A stretch of DNA of 64,000 bases, from NCBI GenBank assembly GCA_965116475.1, contig OZ220691.1:2848001-2912000 (forward strand), written 5' to 3'. Positions 46,711 to 54,577 of this stretch are shown here, piece by piece. This stretch comes from Gemmatimonadota bacterium (lineage in GTDB: Bacteria > Gemmatimonadota > Gemmatimonadetes > Palauibacterales > Palauibacteraceae). The translations under genes were made by a program, and so were the position numbers. Positions within the stretch are counted from its first letter, which is position 1. The number at the start of each line of letters is the position of its first letter. The notes beneath the pieces are model-generated. The model ran no database searches and was not told where the DNA came from. It was given only the letters and a program-made list of their open reading frames with translations.

Positions 46711-48240
46711 CTATCCAGAAGACCCCCGATCCCCCGAATCCGTTGATTCTCCGCGCGTCCCGGCTGCCCCGCGCGTCCCGGCGCCGGCCGCCTCCCGCCT
46801 CGCCGCGCGCACCTTGGGCGTCAGGTAGATATTGGCGGTCAGGCGGCCCAGCAGAAAGCCGGTGAAGGCGGCGGTCGCGCCGACCCAGCCCAGCCCCCAG
46901 CCGACCGCGACGAACACGATGGCCACGGCCGTCATCTCCGCGGCGGTTCCGACGATGATCGGACCCGTCGTCCGGTGCCGGATCAGCGTGCCCCGCTGCA
47001 ACGAGAGGATGACCCCGAGGAAGGGGACCGGCGTGAGCACCCGCGCCGCCGGAATCGCGAAGGAGGCGAGTTCGGGCGTGAGGCCTGATACGTGGACGAA
47101 CCAGAGCTGGGAGAGCGGGGTGAACGCGAGGAGCGCGAGGATGCCGGAGAGCGTCGCGCCGAGACCGATCGCGAAGCGGCGGATCTCCTCGTAGCCCTCG
47201 TTCCGCCGGCCCAGAAGCGCGATGACCGCATCCTGGAAGCTGAGACCCACCGAGCGGAAGATGAACCCGAGCGAGTGCACGACCGGAAACACGGCGAGCG
47301 ACTCGACCGGCGACGCGGCGCGACCCATGAAGAAGGTGAGCATCGGCTGGATCGCGATCCCGATCAGCGACGTGAGCATCAGCGGCAGGTAGAAACGACC
47401 GATCTCGCCGAAGCGCAGTTCGGCGCCATCGGTCCCCGCGCCCGGCGTCGGATCGGCAGTCGAGACGCCCACGCGGCCGATCTCGGCGATGTCGTGGGGG
47501 TCCGACGAGACGGTCACGGGGTCGGCCGCGTCCGCCCCCCGGCCCGCCGGGACGAGCAGGGCGCGAATGGCGTCCCGGGCCATCCAGCGCGCCACCGCCG
47601 CCTCCATCACCACGCCGAACGAGAGCGCGGAGGCCCCGACTGCGGCGCCGGGGAGGTCCGTCGCGATGGCGAAGGCGAGCGCGGCCACCGACATCGAGAC
47701 GAGGCGCACGACCGTCCCGCCCGCCACGAGCCGCGTGCGCCCGGACCGGATGAGCACGCCCTGCCAGAAGCGCCGGTAGCCGATGGCGGCCGGCCAGGGC
47801 AGGAAGCACCACAACGCCCCGTACGTCAGGCGCGCCAGCTCCTCCGGCAGTCCGAGCACACCGAGCATGAGTCCGCGGTGCACCGGCGGCACGAGCACGA
47901 CGAGGAGCATCAGCGTGGAGAAGGCGTTCAGGCCGTGCGCGAACGTCCGCAGCCGCCGGTACGAGACGGCGTCCTCCACGAGGGCCGTCGAGGCGCTCAG
48001 CAGCATGATGACCGGCGCCTCCATCAGCACGGCGAGCGCGATCGCCACCCCGTAGGCCGCCAGCCCCAGCGTGGGGTCCGGCAGCCGCGCCACGACCGCC
48101 GCCAGGTAGGGTCCCTCGACCGCCATCATCAACCATGTGGCGGCCAGCGGAGCCCAGAAGGCGAAGATCCGGCGCGCGGAAAGGTCCGTGGAGGGGGTCA
48201 GCGGAAGAGACTCTCCAGCCGCTCCAGCGACCACGTCCAC
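46711..48240 (-). CDS. MOP/MATE-like (ANKH-like) multi-pass membrane protein
   Basis: Two homologous halves (FWAPLAATWLM / FYLPLMLTSLI), about 12 TMs; start uncertain. Confidence 0.65.
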   Translation of the reverse strand: MDVVAGAAGESLPLTPSTDLSARRIFAFWAPLAATWLMMAVEGPYLAAVVARLPDPTLGLAAYGVAIALAVLMEAPVIMLLSASTALVEDAVSYRRLRTFAHGLNAFSTLMLLVVLVPPVHRGLMLGVLGLPEELARLTYGALWCFLPWPAAIGYRRFWQGVLIRSGRTRLVAGGTVVRLVSMSVAALAFAIATDLPGAAVGASALSFGVVMEAAVARWMARDAIRALLVPAGRGADAADPVTVSSDPHDIAEIGRVGVSTADPTPGAGTDGAELRFGEIGRFYLPLMLTSLIGIAIQPMLTFFMGRAASPVESLAVFPVVHSLGFIFRSVGLSFQDAVIALLGRRNEGYEEIRRFAIGLGATLSGILALLAFTPLSQLWFVHVSGLTPELASFAIPAARVLTPVPFLGVILSLQRGTLIRHRTTGPIIVGTAAEMTAVAIVFVAVGWGLGWVGATAAFTGFLLGRLTANIYLTPKVRAARREAAGAGTRGAAGTRGESTDSGDRGSSG

Positions 48241-48638
48241 CCGAGGCGGTGCCCCTCCGCGGCCTCGGCGGCCGCGAAGCCCTCATGCGCGAGGACGATC
48301 TCCGTCGACGCCCCATCGGCGATGAACTCGACCGTAACGACCGTCTCGCCGACCGCCGACTCCGCCTCCTCCCAGTCCCAGGTATACACGAGCCGGTTCG
48401 GCGGATCGACCTCGCGGTACACGCCGAACGCCGTATGGAGCGTTCCTTCTTCCGCCTCGATGAGAAGGCGGTACGCGCCCCCCGGCGCGAGGTCGACCTG
48501 CGAGTCGCGGATCGTCCCGCCCGGAGGGCAGGACCAGTGCCGGATCCGATCCGGTTCGGTCCAGGCGCGGAACACCGCCTCGGGTGGGGCGGGGATCGTG
48601 CTCGTGACGCGGCACGCTCGATCGGCGGAAGCGGTCAT
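48198..48638 (-). CDS. SRPBCC (Aha1/AHSA1-like) domain protein
   Basis: IPAPPEAVFRAWT, DLAPGG, GVYREVDPPNRLVYTW, GWTWSLERL; AGAGGAG RBS. Confidence 0.85.
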   Translation of the reverse strand: MTASADRACRVTSTIPAPPEAVFRAWTEPDRIRHWSCPPGGTIRDSQVDLAPGGAYRLLIEAEEGTLHTAFGVYREVDPPNRLVYTWDWEEAESAVGETVVTVEFIADGASTEIVLAHEGFAAAEAAEGHRLGWTWSLERLESLFR

Positions 48639-48662
48639 CCGGTTCTCCTCTGAATCAGGGCG

Positions 48663-48726
48663 AAACCTGCGGTGGAATCCGCGGCGGAATCCGCGGCGGA
48701 ATCCGCGGCCGTCCGGCGTGGAATCT
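48663..48726. repeat. 12-bp tandem repeat (GGAATCCGCGGC) upstream of the SRPBCC gene
   Basis: Three exact copies plus degenerate flanking copies. Confidence 0.7.
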
Positions 48727-48817
48727 GGCGCGAGGCAATCGGACGGGATCAGGTTGTCCCATTCGTACATGATTAACGACTCGTCGGGCAAGGAGTTCCC
48801 CCGTTCCTGAAACGCTC

Positions 48818-49396
48818 GTGAAACCGGCAAGGCTGATCGTTCCCGCGGTCGTCCTCGGGCTCCTCGCGCCCGCGCCCGCGGCCGCCCAGGGATCCGTCTC
48901 GGACCGGGACCGGTTCGCCCTGTTCGCCGCCTGCAGTCCCGTTCCGGTGGACGTCTTCGTCACCAACACCGGCGGGCCGGCCGGCATCACGACGCCGTCC
49001 ATCGAGAGCATGGCGACGAGCCGGCTGCGGGCGGCCGGGATCGACGCCCCCGCCGGCCAGCCGGGCGGGTCCACGCTCCAGTTGTCCGTGTTCGTCAGCG
49101 CTCAGAGGCTGTCCGCGAGCGCCGTCGTGACGGTCTACGTCATCCGTCTGCGCCTCCTGAAGCTCCTCTACGACCGCCAGAGCGATCCCCGGACCGGAGA
49201 GGCCGGGCGCCTCCCCCAGGACTCCCCCGGCGCCGCGCCGGAATGGCTGAACTGGGCGCCGACGTGGGAAACGCCGCAGCAGGGAATCGGCTTCTATCTC
49301 GGGCGCGACGGGGATCCCGTCACGAGTCTCGTCGCCCGGATGCTGGACGAGTTCGTGAGCGAATACCAGCGCGTCAACGCGGAGGCCTGCCGGTAG
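48818..49396 (+). CDS. Secreted hypothetical protein
   Basis: Sec signal ending AAA-Q; DRFALFAAC N-terminus and YQRVNAEAC C-terminus (possible disulfide). Confidence 0.65.
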   Translation: MKPARLIVPAVVLGLLAPAPAAAQGSVSDRDRFALFAACSPVPVDVFVTNTGGPAGITTPSIESMATSRLRAAGIDAPAGQPGGSTLQLSVFVSAQRLSASAVVTVYVIRLRLLKLLYDRQSDPRTGEAGRLPQDSPGAAPEWLNWAPTWETPQQGIGFYLGRDGDPVTSLVARMLDEFVSEYQRVNAEACR

Positions 49397-49504
49397 CCGC
49401 GGCCCGTCGCCGATTGCCGCCGGGCGTGGCCCGCACCTAGGTTGCTTGATTCCGCGGACTGCTGGACCCCGGCTACGCGTGCACCCATTCCGAGAGGATC
49501 GCCG

Positions 49505-51073
49505 TTGCGCAAGCTCCGCGTAGGTATCGTGGACCTGGTGTCGAAGGGACCCACGAAGGCCCTGTACGCCAAGGTGATGCACGCGAACCTCGCGAGCATC
49601 ATGCCGCAGGTGCTCGGCGCGTGGTGCGAGGAGGCCGGGCACGATGTGAGCCTCGTGTGCTACACCGGCTTCGAGGACCTGGTCGAGGAACTGCCGCAGG
49701 ACATCGACCTGCTCTTCGTGAGCGCTTTCTCGCAGGGCGCCCAGCTCGCCTACGCGATCAGCGAGATGTTCCGCCGCCGGGGCGCCATCACCTGCATCGG
49801 AGGGCCGCACGCGCGCTGCTATCCCCAGGACGCGCAGAAGTACTTCGACTACGTGTTCGGATTCACGGACAAGGAAGTGCTCAACGGCGTCCTGGACGAC
49901 TGCCGGCCGCAGCGGCCGCTGGGCCGCCACGTGACGGCCGAGACGCAGCCGGTGTCCCTGCCGGGCGTGCGCGCGCGCTGGAAGTTCATCGAGCCGACGC
50001 TCCAGAAGGCGCCGCTGTTCAAGATCGTCCCCATGCTCGGCAGCCTCGGGTGCCCGTACACGTGCAGCTTCTGCATCGACTCGGTCATCCCCTACCAGCC
50101 GCTCGACTTCGACGAGATGCGCGACGACCTCCGCTTCCTCGCAAAGAAGATGAGGCGGCCGATCGTCGGCTGGCACGACCCCAACTTCGGCGTCCGGTTC
50201 GACGACGTGCTGGGGGCGATCGAGGAGGCCGTCCCCCCCGGCACGATCGAGTTCATCGCGGAGAGCAGCCTCTCCCTCCTCCCCGAGCCGCGGCTCAAGC
50301 GTCTCGCGAAGGCCGGGTTCCGCGCGATCCTGCCCGGCGTCGAGTCGTGGTACATGCTGGGGAACAAGTCGAAGTCCCGGAACCGTCACGGGCTCGAAAA
50401 GGTCCGCCAGGTGTCGGACCATTCCAACCTCATCACGAGCTACATCCCCTATCTCCAGACCAATTTCGTGATGGGTCTCGATTGCGACGAAGGCCCCGAG
50501 CCCTTCGAGCTCACGAAGAAGTTCCTCGATGCCTCGCCCGCCGCCTTCCCCGGCTACTCGCTGCTGACGTCGTTCGGAGAAGCGGCCCCGCTCAACCTCG
50601 AATACCAGCAGGAAGGACGGGTGCTCGGCTTCCCGTTCCACTTCCTCAACAACAATCACGCGATGAACCTCAAGCCGAAGAACTACGAGTGGATCGAGTT
50701 CTACGACCGCGTCATCGACCTCACGCAGTACAGCTTCTCGAAGCGGGCCGTGTGGCGCCGGCTCAGGGCCAACCGCGGCGGGATTCCAAGACTCCTGAAC
50801 GCCGTGCGCGCCCTCTCGTCGGAGGGGAACGGGAGGATCGCCTACTACACGACCGTGCGCGACAAGCTCAGGACGGACCGCAAGTTCCGGGACTACTTCG
50901 AGGGGGAGACGCAGGAACTGCCGCAGTTCTTCATCGACCGCGTGAAGCACGATCTCGGGCCGCTGTGGGAGTTCCTGCCCGAGGGCGCGCTCGAACACGA
51001 CCCCTACGCCTACCTCAAGCGCACCGGGGGCGAGGCGCCCGTGCAGGCGCGGGCCGGAGCGGTCGTCCACTAG
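49505..51073 (+). CDS. B12-binding-like radical SAM protein
   Basis: TTG start after GAGGA; IGGPHA, SLGCPYTCSFC, WHDPNFG, AESSL, NFVMGLD. Confidence 0.82.
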   Translation: MRKLRVGIVDLVSKGPTKALYAKVMHANLASIMPQVLGAWCEEAGHDVSLVCYTGFEDLVEELPQDIDLLFVSAFSQGAQLAYAISEMFRRRGAITCIGGPHARCYPQDAQKYFDYVFGFTDKEVLNGVLDDCRPQRPLGRHVTAETQPVSLPGVRARWKFIEPTLQKAPLFKIVPMLGSLGCPYTCSFCIDSVIPYQPLDFDEMRDDLRFLAKKMRRPIVGWHDPNFGVRFDDVLGAIEEAVPPGTIEFIAESSLSLLPEPRLKRLAKAGFRAILPGVESWYMLGNKSKSRNRHGLEKVRQVSDHSNLITSYIPYLQTNFVMGLDCDEGPEPFELTKKFLDASPAAFPGYSLLTSFGEAAPLNLEYQQEGRVLGFPFHFLNNNHAMNLKPKNYEWIEFYDRVIDLTQYSFSKRAVWRRLRANRGGIPRLLNAVRALSSEGNGRIAYYTTVRDKLRTDRKFRDYFEGETQELPQFFIDRVKHDLGPLWEFLPEGALEHDPYAYLKRTGGEAPVQARAGAVVH

Positions 51074-51092
51074 CTCCCCCGCATCCAGCAAC

Positions 51093-51374
51093 GTGTCCCG
51101 AGCCTTCGTCAACGAAGACGCGACGCACGAGCCCGAGCCGCGCTACGCGCTCCCGTCACGCGAGTCGCCGCGTTTCGACGCCGCGGCGGCGCGAGCCCTC
51201 CTCGAAGGCGCCCACATCGGCAACACGCAGAGCGCCGAGACCGCGACCGGCTACGCGTGGGGCGACCCCGCCCTGGTCCCGCACATCGAGGAGCTGATCC
51301 GCGAGGCGGAGGGACTGGGGGACGAGCGCATGGCCCGCCTCGGCCGACGCTATCTCCGGAAGGCAGGCCGCTGA
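51093..51374 (+). CDS. Small hypothetical protein with MSRAFVxED N-terminus
   Basis: Fills the gap in the operon; N-terminus resembles that of a GreA/GreB-like subfamily. Confidence 0.55.
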   Translation: MSRAFVNEDATHEPEPRYALPSRESPRFDAAAARALLEGAHIGNTQSAETATGYAWGDPALVPHIEELIREAEGLGDERMARLGRRYLRKAGR

Positions 51375-51402
51375 GACCGCGACCGCGGGTGGAGGCGAAC
51401 AC

Positions 51403-52773
51403 TTGGATCGGATCCCGAGGCTGATCGCCGGCATCACCGGAACCGCCGCCGCACTCTTCTACCGCGTCGACCGGCACGGGCCGCCGCTCCCCGAGGGTCC
51501 GGTGATCGTGGCGGCAAATCACCCCAACAGCCTGGTCGATGCGCTGCTGGTCTTCCGCTGCAGCGGGCGGATCACGCGGCCGCTGGGCCGTGCACCGCTC
51601 TTCGACAGGCTCCTCCTGGGCCCGGTGCTGCGCGCGCTGGGCGGCATACCGGTCTATCGGAGGGAGGACGATCCCGAGGCCACGCACCGCAACGAGGAGA
51701 TGTTCCGGTCTGCGATCGATGCGCTCCACGGAGGCGGCGCCATCCAGATCTATCCGGAGGGCAAGAGTCACTCCGAGGCCCACCTGGTGGAGTTCCGCAC
51801 GGGCACCGCACGGATCGCGCTGCAGGCGGAGGAGGGCGCCGACTGGGGGCTCGGGCTGTCCATCGTGCCCGTGGGGATCACCTATGCGGCCAAGGAGTTG
51901 GCGAGGACCGAGGTCGCCGTGCGCTTCGGCAGGGCGTTCGGGTGCGCCGACCTGAAGCACGGGTACCGGGAGGACCCCGTCGGCGCGGCGCGCAGGCTCA
52001 CCGACCGGATCGAGAGGGGAATCCGCCGCCAGACCCTGAACTTCGAGCGCCACCGCGACCGGGTCCTGGTGGAGGTGGCGGAGCAACTCTACGTGCGCGA
52101 GTCGCGGTGGGTGCCGTGGCGGGTCCGGGAACGGCTGGGTACGCGATTCCCTCGCCTTCAGCGCTTTGCGAGAGGGCTGGAATGGATCCGCGAAGCGCAC
52201 CCGGAGGCTCACCGCCGCCTGATCGAGAAGGTGGAGCGGTACGCGGCGCTCAGCGACGAACTCCGCGCCGGGGAAGGGGACGTGCCCCGCCGCTACAGCT
52301 TCCTCCCCGTCGCCAGATACGTCCTCGTGCGCGGGACGCTCCTGGCGCTCGGGCTTCCGTTCGCGATGGCCGGATCCCTGCTCTGGGTTCCCGTAGCCCG
52401 GCTCCCCGGCTTCGTCGTGCGGCGGGTGAAGCCCCAGCTCGAGGTCACGGCGACGGTCAAGCTGGCGACGCTCCTCGGCGGGACGCTTGCGGCCTGGATC
52501 CTGTGGCTCGTGCTCGGTTACGTCGCCGGGGGCGCGACGGTCGCCGCGATCGCCGCCGTCCTGGCTCCCGTGTGCGGCTTCGTGACCGTGCGGTGGATCG
52601 AACTCGCCCGAGAGGTCCGCGAGGACACCGCCCTCTTCCTGCGGCTGCACGGCCGCCCCGACCTCCGCGAGCACTTCGCCGAGCTACGCTCGGAACTCAC
52701 CGACACCTTCCGGCAGCTCGAAAAGCAGTGGATGAACGAACGCCAGAAGCCCGACCGCAAGCATCGAGAGTGA
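51403..52773 (+). CDS. PlsC-like lysophospholipid acyltransferase with C-terminal TMs
   Basis: ANHPNSLVD (HX4D), GIPVYR, IYPEGKSH, FRTGTAR, IVPVGI; GGAGG RBS with TTG start. Confidence 0.85.
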   Translation: MDRIPRLIAGITGTAAALFYRVDRHGPPLPEGPVIVAANHPNSLVDALLVFRCSGRITRPLGRAPLFDRLLLGPVLRALGGIPVYRREDDPEATHRNEEMFRSAIDALHGGGAIQIYPEGKSHSEAHLVEFRTGTARIALQAEEGADWGLGLSIVPVGITYAAKELARTEVAVRFGRAFGCADLKHGYREDPVGAARRLTDRIERGIRRQTLNFERHRDRVLVEVAEQLYVRESRWVPWRVRERLGTRFPRLQRFARGLEWIREAHPEAHRRLIEKVERYAALSDELRAGEGDVPRRYSFLPVARYVLVRGTLLALGLPFAMAGSLLWVPVARLPGFVVRRVKPQLEVTATVKLATLLGGTLAAWILWLVLGYVAGGATVAAIAAVLAPVCGFVTVRWIELAREVREDTALFLRLHGRPDLREHFAELRSELTDTFRQLEKQWMNERQKPDRKHRE

Positions 52774-52785
52774 CCGCAAGCGTCG

Positions 52786-52814
52786 TTGACGCTGCGAACA
52801 GCCCTGGCTATGCT
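52786..52814 (+). promoter_or_regulatory. Putative sigma70 promoter
   Basis: TTGACG-N17-TATGCT. Confidence 0.6.
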
Positions 52815-52820
52815 AGCGCT

Positions 52821-52919
52821 CACTAAATGGACCCCATCGTTCCTGCGGGCACGCCTTTGGGCACGATGGGAAAAATGGGACAAATGAAAGGGTCGGCCCT
52901 CACGGACCGGCCCTTTTTT
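52821..52919 (+). ncRNA. Candidate ~100-nt small RNA or leader RNA
   Basis: Lies between a near-consensus promoter and an intrinsic terminator; stem CCCATCGT (52833-40) / ACGATGGG (52863-70); A-rich linker. Confidence 0.4.
52887..52919 (+). terminator. Rho-independent terminator
   Basis: AAAGGGTCGG...CCGGCCCTTT stem with a T6 tract (52914-52919). Confidence 0.8.
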
Positions 52920-53015
52920 CTTCTTGTCACTCCCCAAGTCTACGGAGGGATCTTGAACTCCGTCACGGACCGAGCGTCCAGGTCGACCGTCCATGGAGGC
53001 GGGAACCCAGCACGC

Positions 53016-53441
53016 ATGAACGGATGGTTACTCGACACGAACGTCGTATCGGAACTCCGCAAGGATCGTCCAGATGGGAAGGTGAAACGGTGGTCCCAGG
53101 CGAGATCTTCGGAAAGCCTCTTTCTTAGCGAGGTCACACTCGCGGAAATCCGGTATGGGATCGAACTGCGCGCTGGCGACGAGTTAAGCGAGAGGTTGGA
53201 ACTCTGGTTGGAGCGGCGGCTGCGGCCGTGGTTTGCGGGACGCATCCTGCCAACAGACGAGGAAGTGTGGCTGGCTTGGCGGTGGATGGTTGACCGTGGC
53301 AAGAAGGAGGGGATCACGTTCAGCCAGCCGGATCTCGTGATTGCGGCCACGGCCGAGGTCCACGGGCTGGTGGTTTGTACGCGCAATGAACGCGATTTTG
53401 TGCGAGCCGGAGTGCGGGTGTTCAACCCCTGGGCACAATAA
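53016..53441 (+). CDS. vapC: VapC family PIN-domain toxin
   Basis: WLLDTNVVSEL, LSEVTLAEIRYG, DLVIAATAEVHGLVVCTRNERDF, FNPW. Confidence 0.92.
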   Translation: MNGWLLDTNVVSELRKDRPDGKVKRWSQARSSESLFLSEVTLAEIRYGIELRAGDELSERLELWLERRLRPWFAGRILPTDEEVWLAWRWMVDRGKKEGITFSQPDLVIAATAEVHGLVVCTRNERDFVRAGVRVFNPWAQ

Positions 53442-53448
53442 GGGAACG

Positions 53449-53482
53449 GCCGGGGGGCGGGGTGGCGACCGCCTCCCCCCCG
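53449..53482. terminator. GC-rich hairpin between convergent vapC and antitoxin genes
   Basis: CCGGGGGG...CCCCCCGG stem. Confidence 0.45.
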
Positions 53483-53491
53483 GTTCGCTCC

Positions 53492-53788
53492 TCAGAGTAC
53501 GACGTCGCGCACCGGACTCCTAACGCCCTCTTGCTCGAAGTCCAGACGGTTCAAGGGAGACTGGGAGAGGAGTTCATGAAGGGTCGCCGGCTCCGCGCGT
53601 GCTTGAAGTTCGTCGAACTCCGCCGCCCCAACCACGACGACCGCATCCCGACCCCGCACAGTGACACGCTGGGGTCGGCCCGACACCGCCAGACGCACGA
53701 CTTCGCTGAACTTGGCCTTGGCCTCGGCGAGTTTCCACGCCAGCCGTGGAGATGTTTGCGGGTACGATCCGGGGTTGCTTGGCGTCAG
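53492..53788 (-). CDS. Phd/YefM family antitoxin (probable CTG start)
   Basis: Manual translation upstream of the 68-aa ORF gives WKLAEAKAKFSEVVRLAVSGRPQRVTVRGRDAVVVV; GGAGG 7 nt before CTG at 53788. Confidence 0.82.
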   Translation of the reverse strand: MTPSNPGSYPQTSPRLAWKLAEAKAKFSEVVRLAVSGRPQRVTVRGRDAVVVVGAAEFDELQARAEPATLHELLSQSPLNRLDFEQEGVRSPVRDVVL

Positions 53789-53809
53789 CGTAGTGCCTCC
53801 AATTCAATG

Positions 53810-53824
53810 TGACCAATCTGGTCA
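53810..53824. promoter_or_regulatory. Putative antitoxin operator
   Basis: Perfect inverted repeat TGACCA-ATC-TGGTCA just upstream of the antitoxin RBS. Confidence 0.55.
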
Positions 53825-53954
53825 AATAATAAGCGTAGGAGCGGACGACCGCTACCCCCTCGGGTGGAGCAGCCGTTGCTCGTCGTAACGTCGCCGTTCA
53901 AGAGCCCAGGGTCGAGGGATCCCGAGCGGCTGCGTTGCAGCGGCACCATACGCG

Positions 53955-54479
53955 TCAACCATCGGCGGCGGCTTCGAGGCGGATCGTGCGCCAGACGGCG
54001 GCGACCGCGGCGGCGCTGGCGAGGAGGTGGAGGGCGAGGCCGATCTGCTCGGCGGACTCCAGGGCGCCGGCTCGGTCCAGGAGGAAGCGCCAGTCGTTCG
54101 GGTGGTTGCCGATCGGCGGCAGGGCGAGGCGGTTCGCGTCGGCCATGTATTCCGCCGTGTACATGAGGCTCTCGGCGGACCACAGGGCGCTCACCGCCGC
54201 CGGGACGGCCTCGCCCCGCCGCCATAGCCGGTATGTGATGTAGAGGGGCACCGCGAGCTGAAGCGCCGGGCCGGCCAGCACGGCGAGCGTTTCTCCGCCG
54301 GCCGAGATCCGGGCCAGCGGCGAGAACACGAGGTGGCCCGCCTCGTGGATGAGGAGGTTGATCCCGTCCACCCAGTGGTAGTGATAGAAGAAGACGAGCC
54401 ACGCCGCGTACACGCACATGACGACGAGCCCCACCCGCCGGGGCCCGATCGCCTTCCACAGGTACGAGAGGATCTTCAC
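53955..54479 (-). CDS. Membrane protein with HExxH motif (M50-like)
   Basis: NLLIHEAGHLVF, LAGP, YMADA, NDW; about 4 TMs. Confidence 0.7.
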   Translation of the reverse strand: MKILSYLWKAIGPRRVGLVVMCVYAAWLVFFYHYHWVDGINLLIHEAGHLVFSPLARISAGGETLAVLAGPALQLAVPLYITYRLWRRGEAVPAAVSALWSAESLMYTAEYMADANRLALPPIGNHPNDWRFLLDRAGALESAEQIGLALHLLASAAAVAAVWRTIRLEAAADG

Positions 54480-54577
54480 GCGGAGATGTCCCGGCGTCGG
54501 CTACACGCGCGGATCCGGGCACTGGCGCGGGGGCGGACCCGGGTCCGGGCCCAGCCCCCGCGTGCGCATGCCGGCAC

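Noticed and set aside
44327..48726. Short repeat tracts as possible CRISPR arrays
   Set aside because: Units of 9-12 bp with no unique spacers and no cas genes
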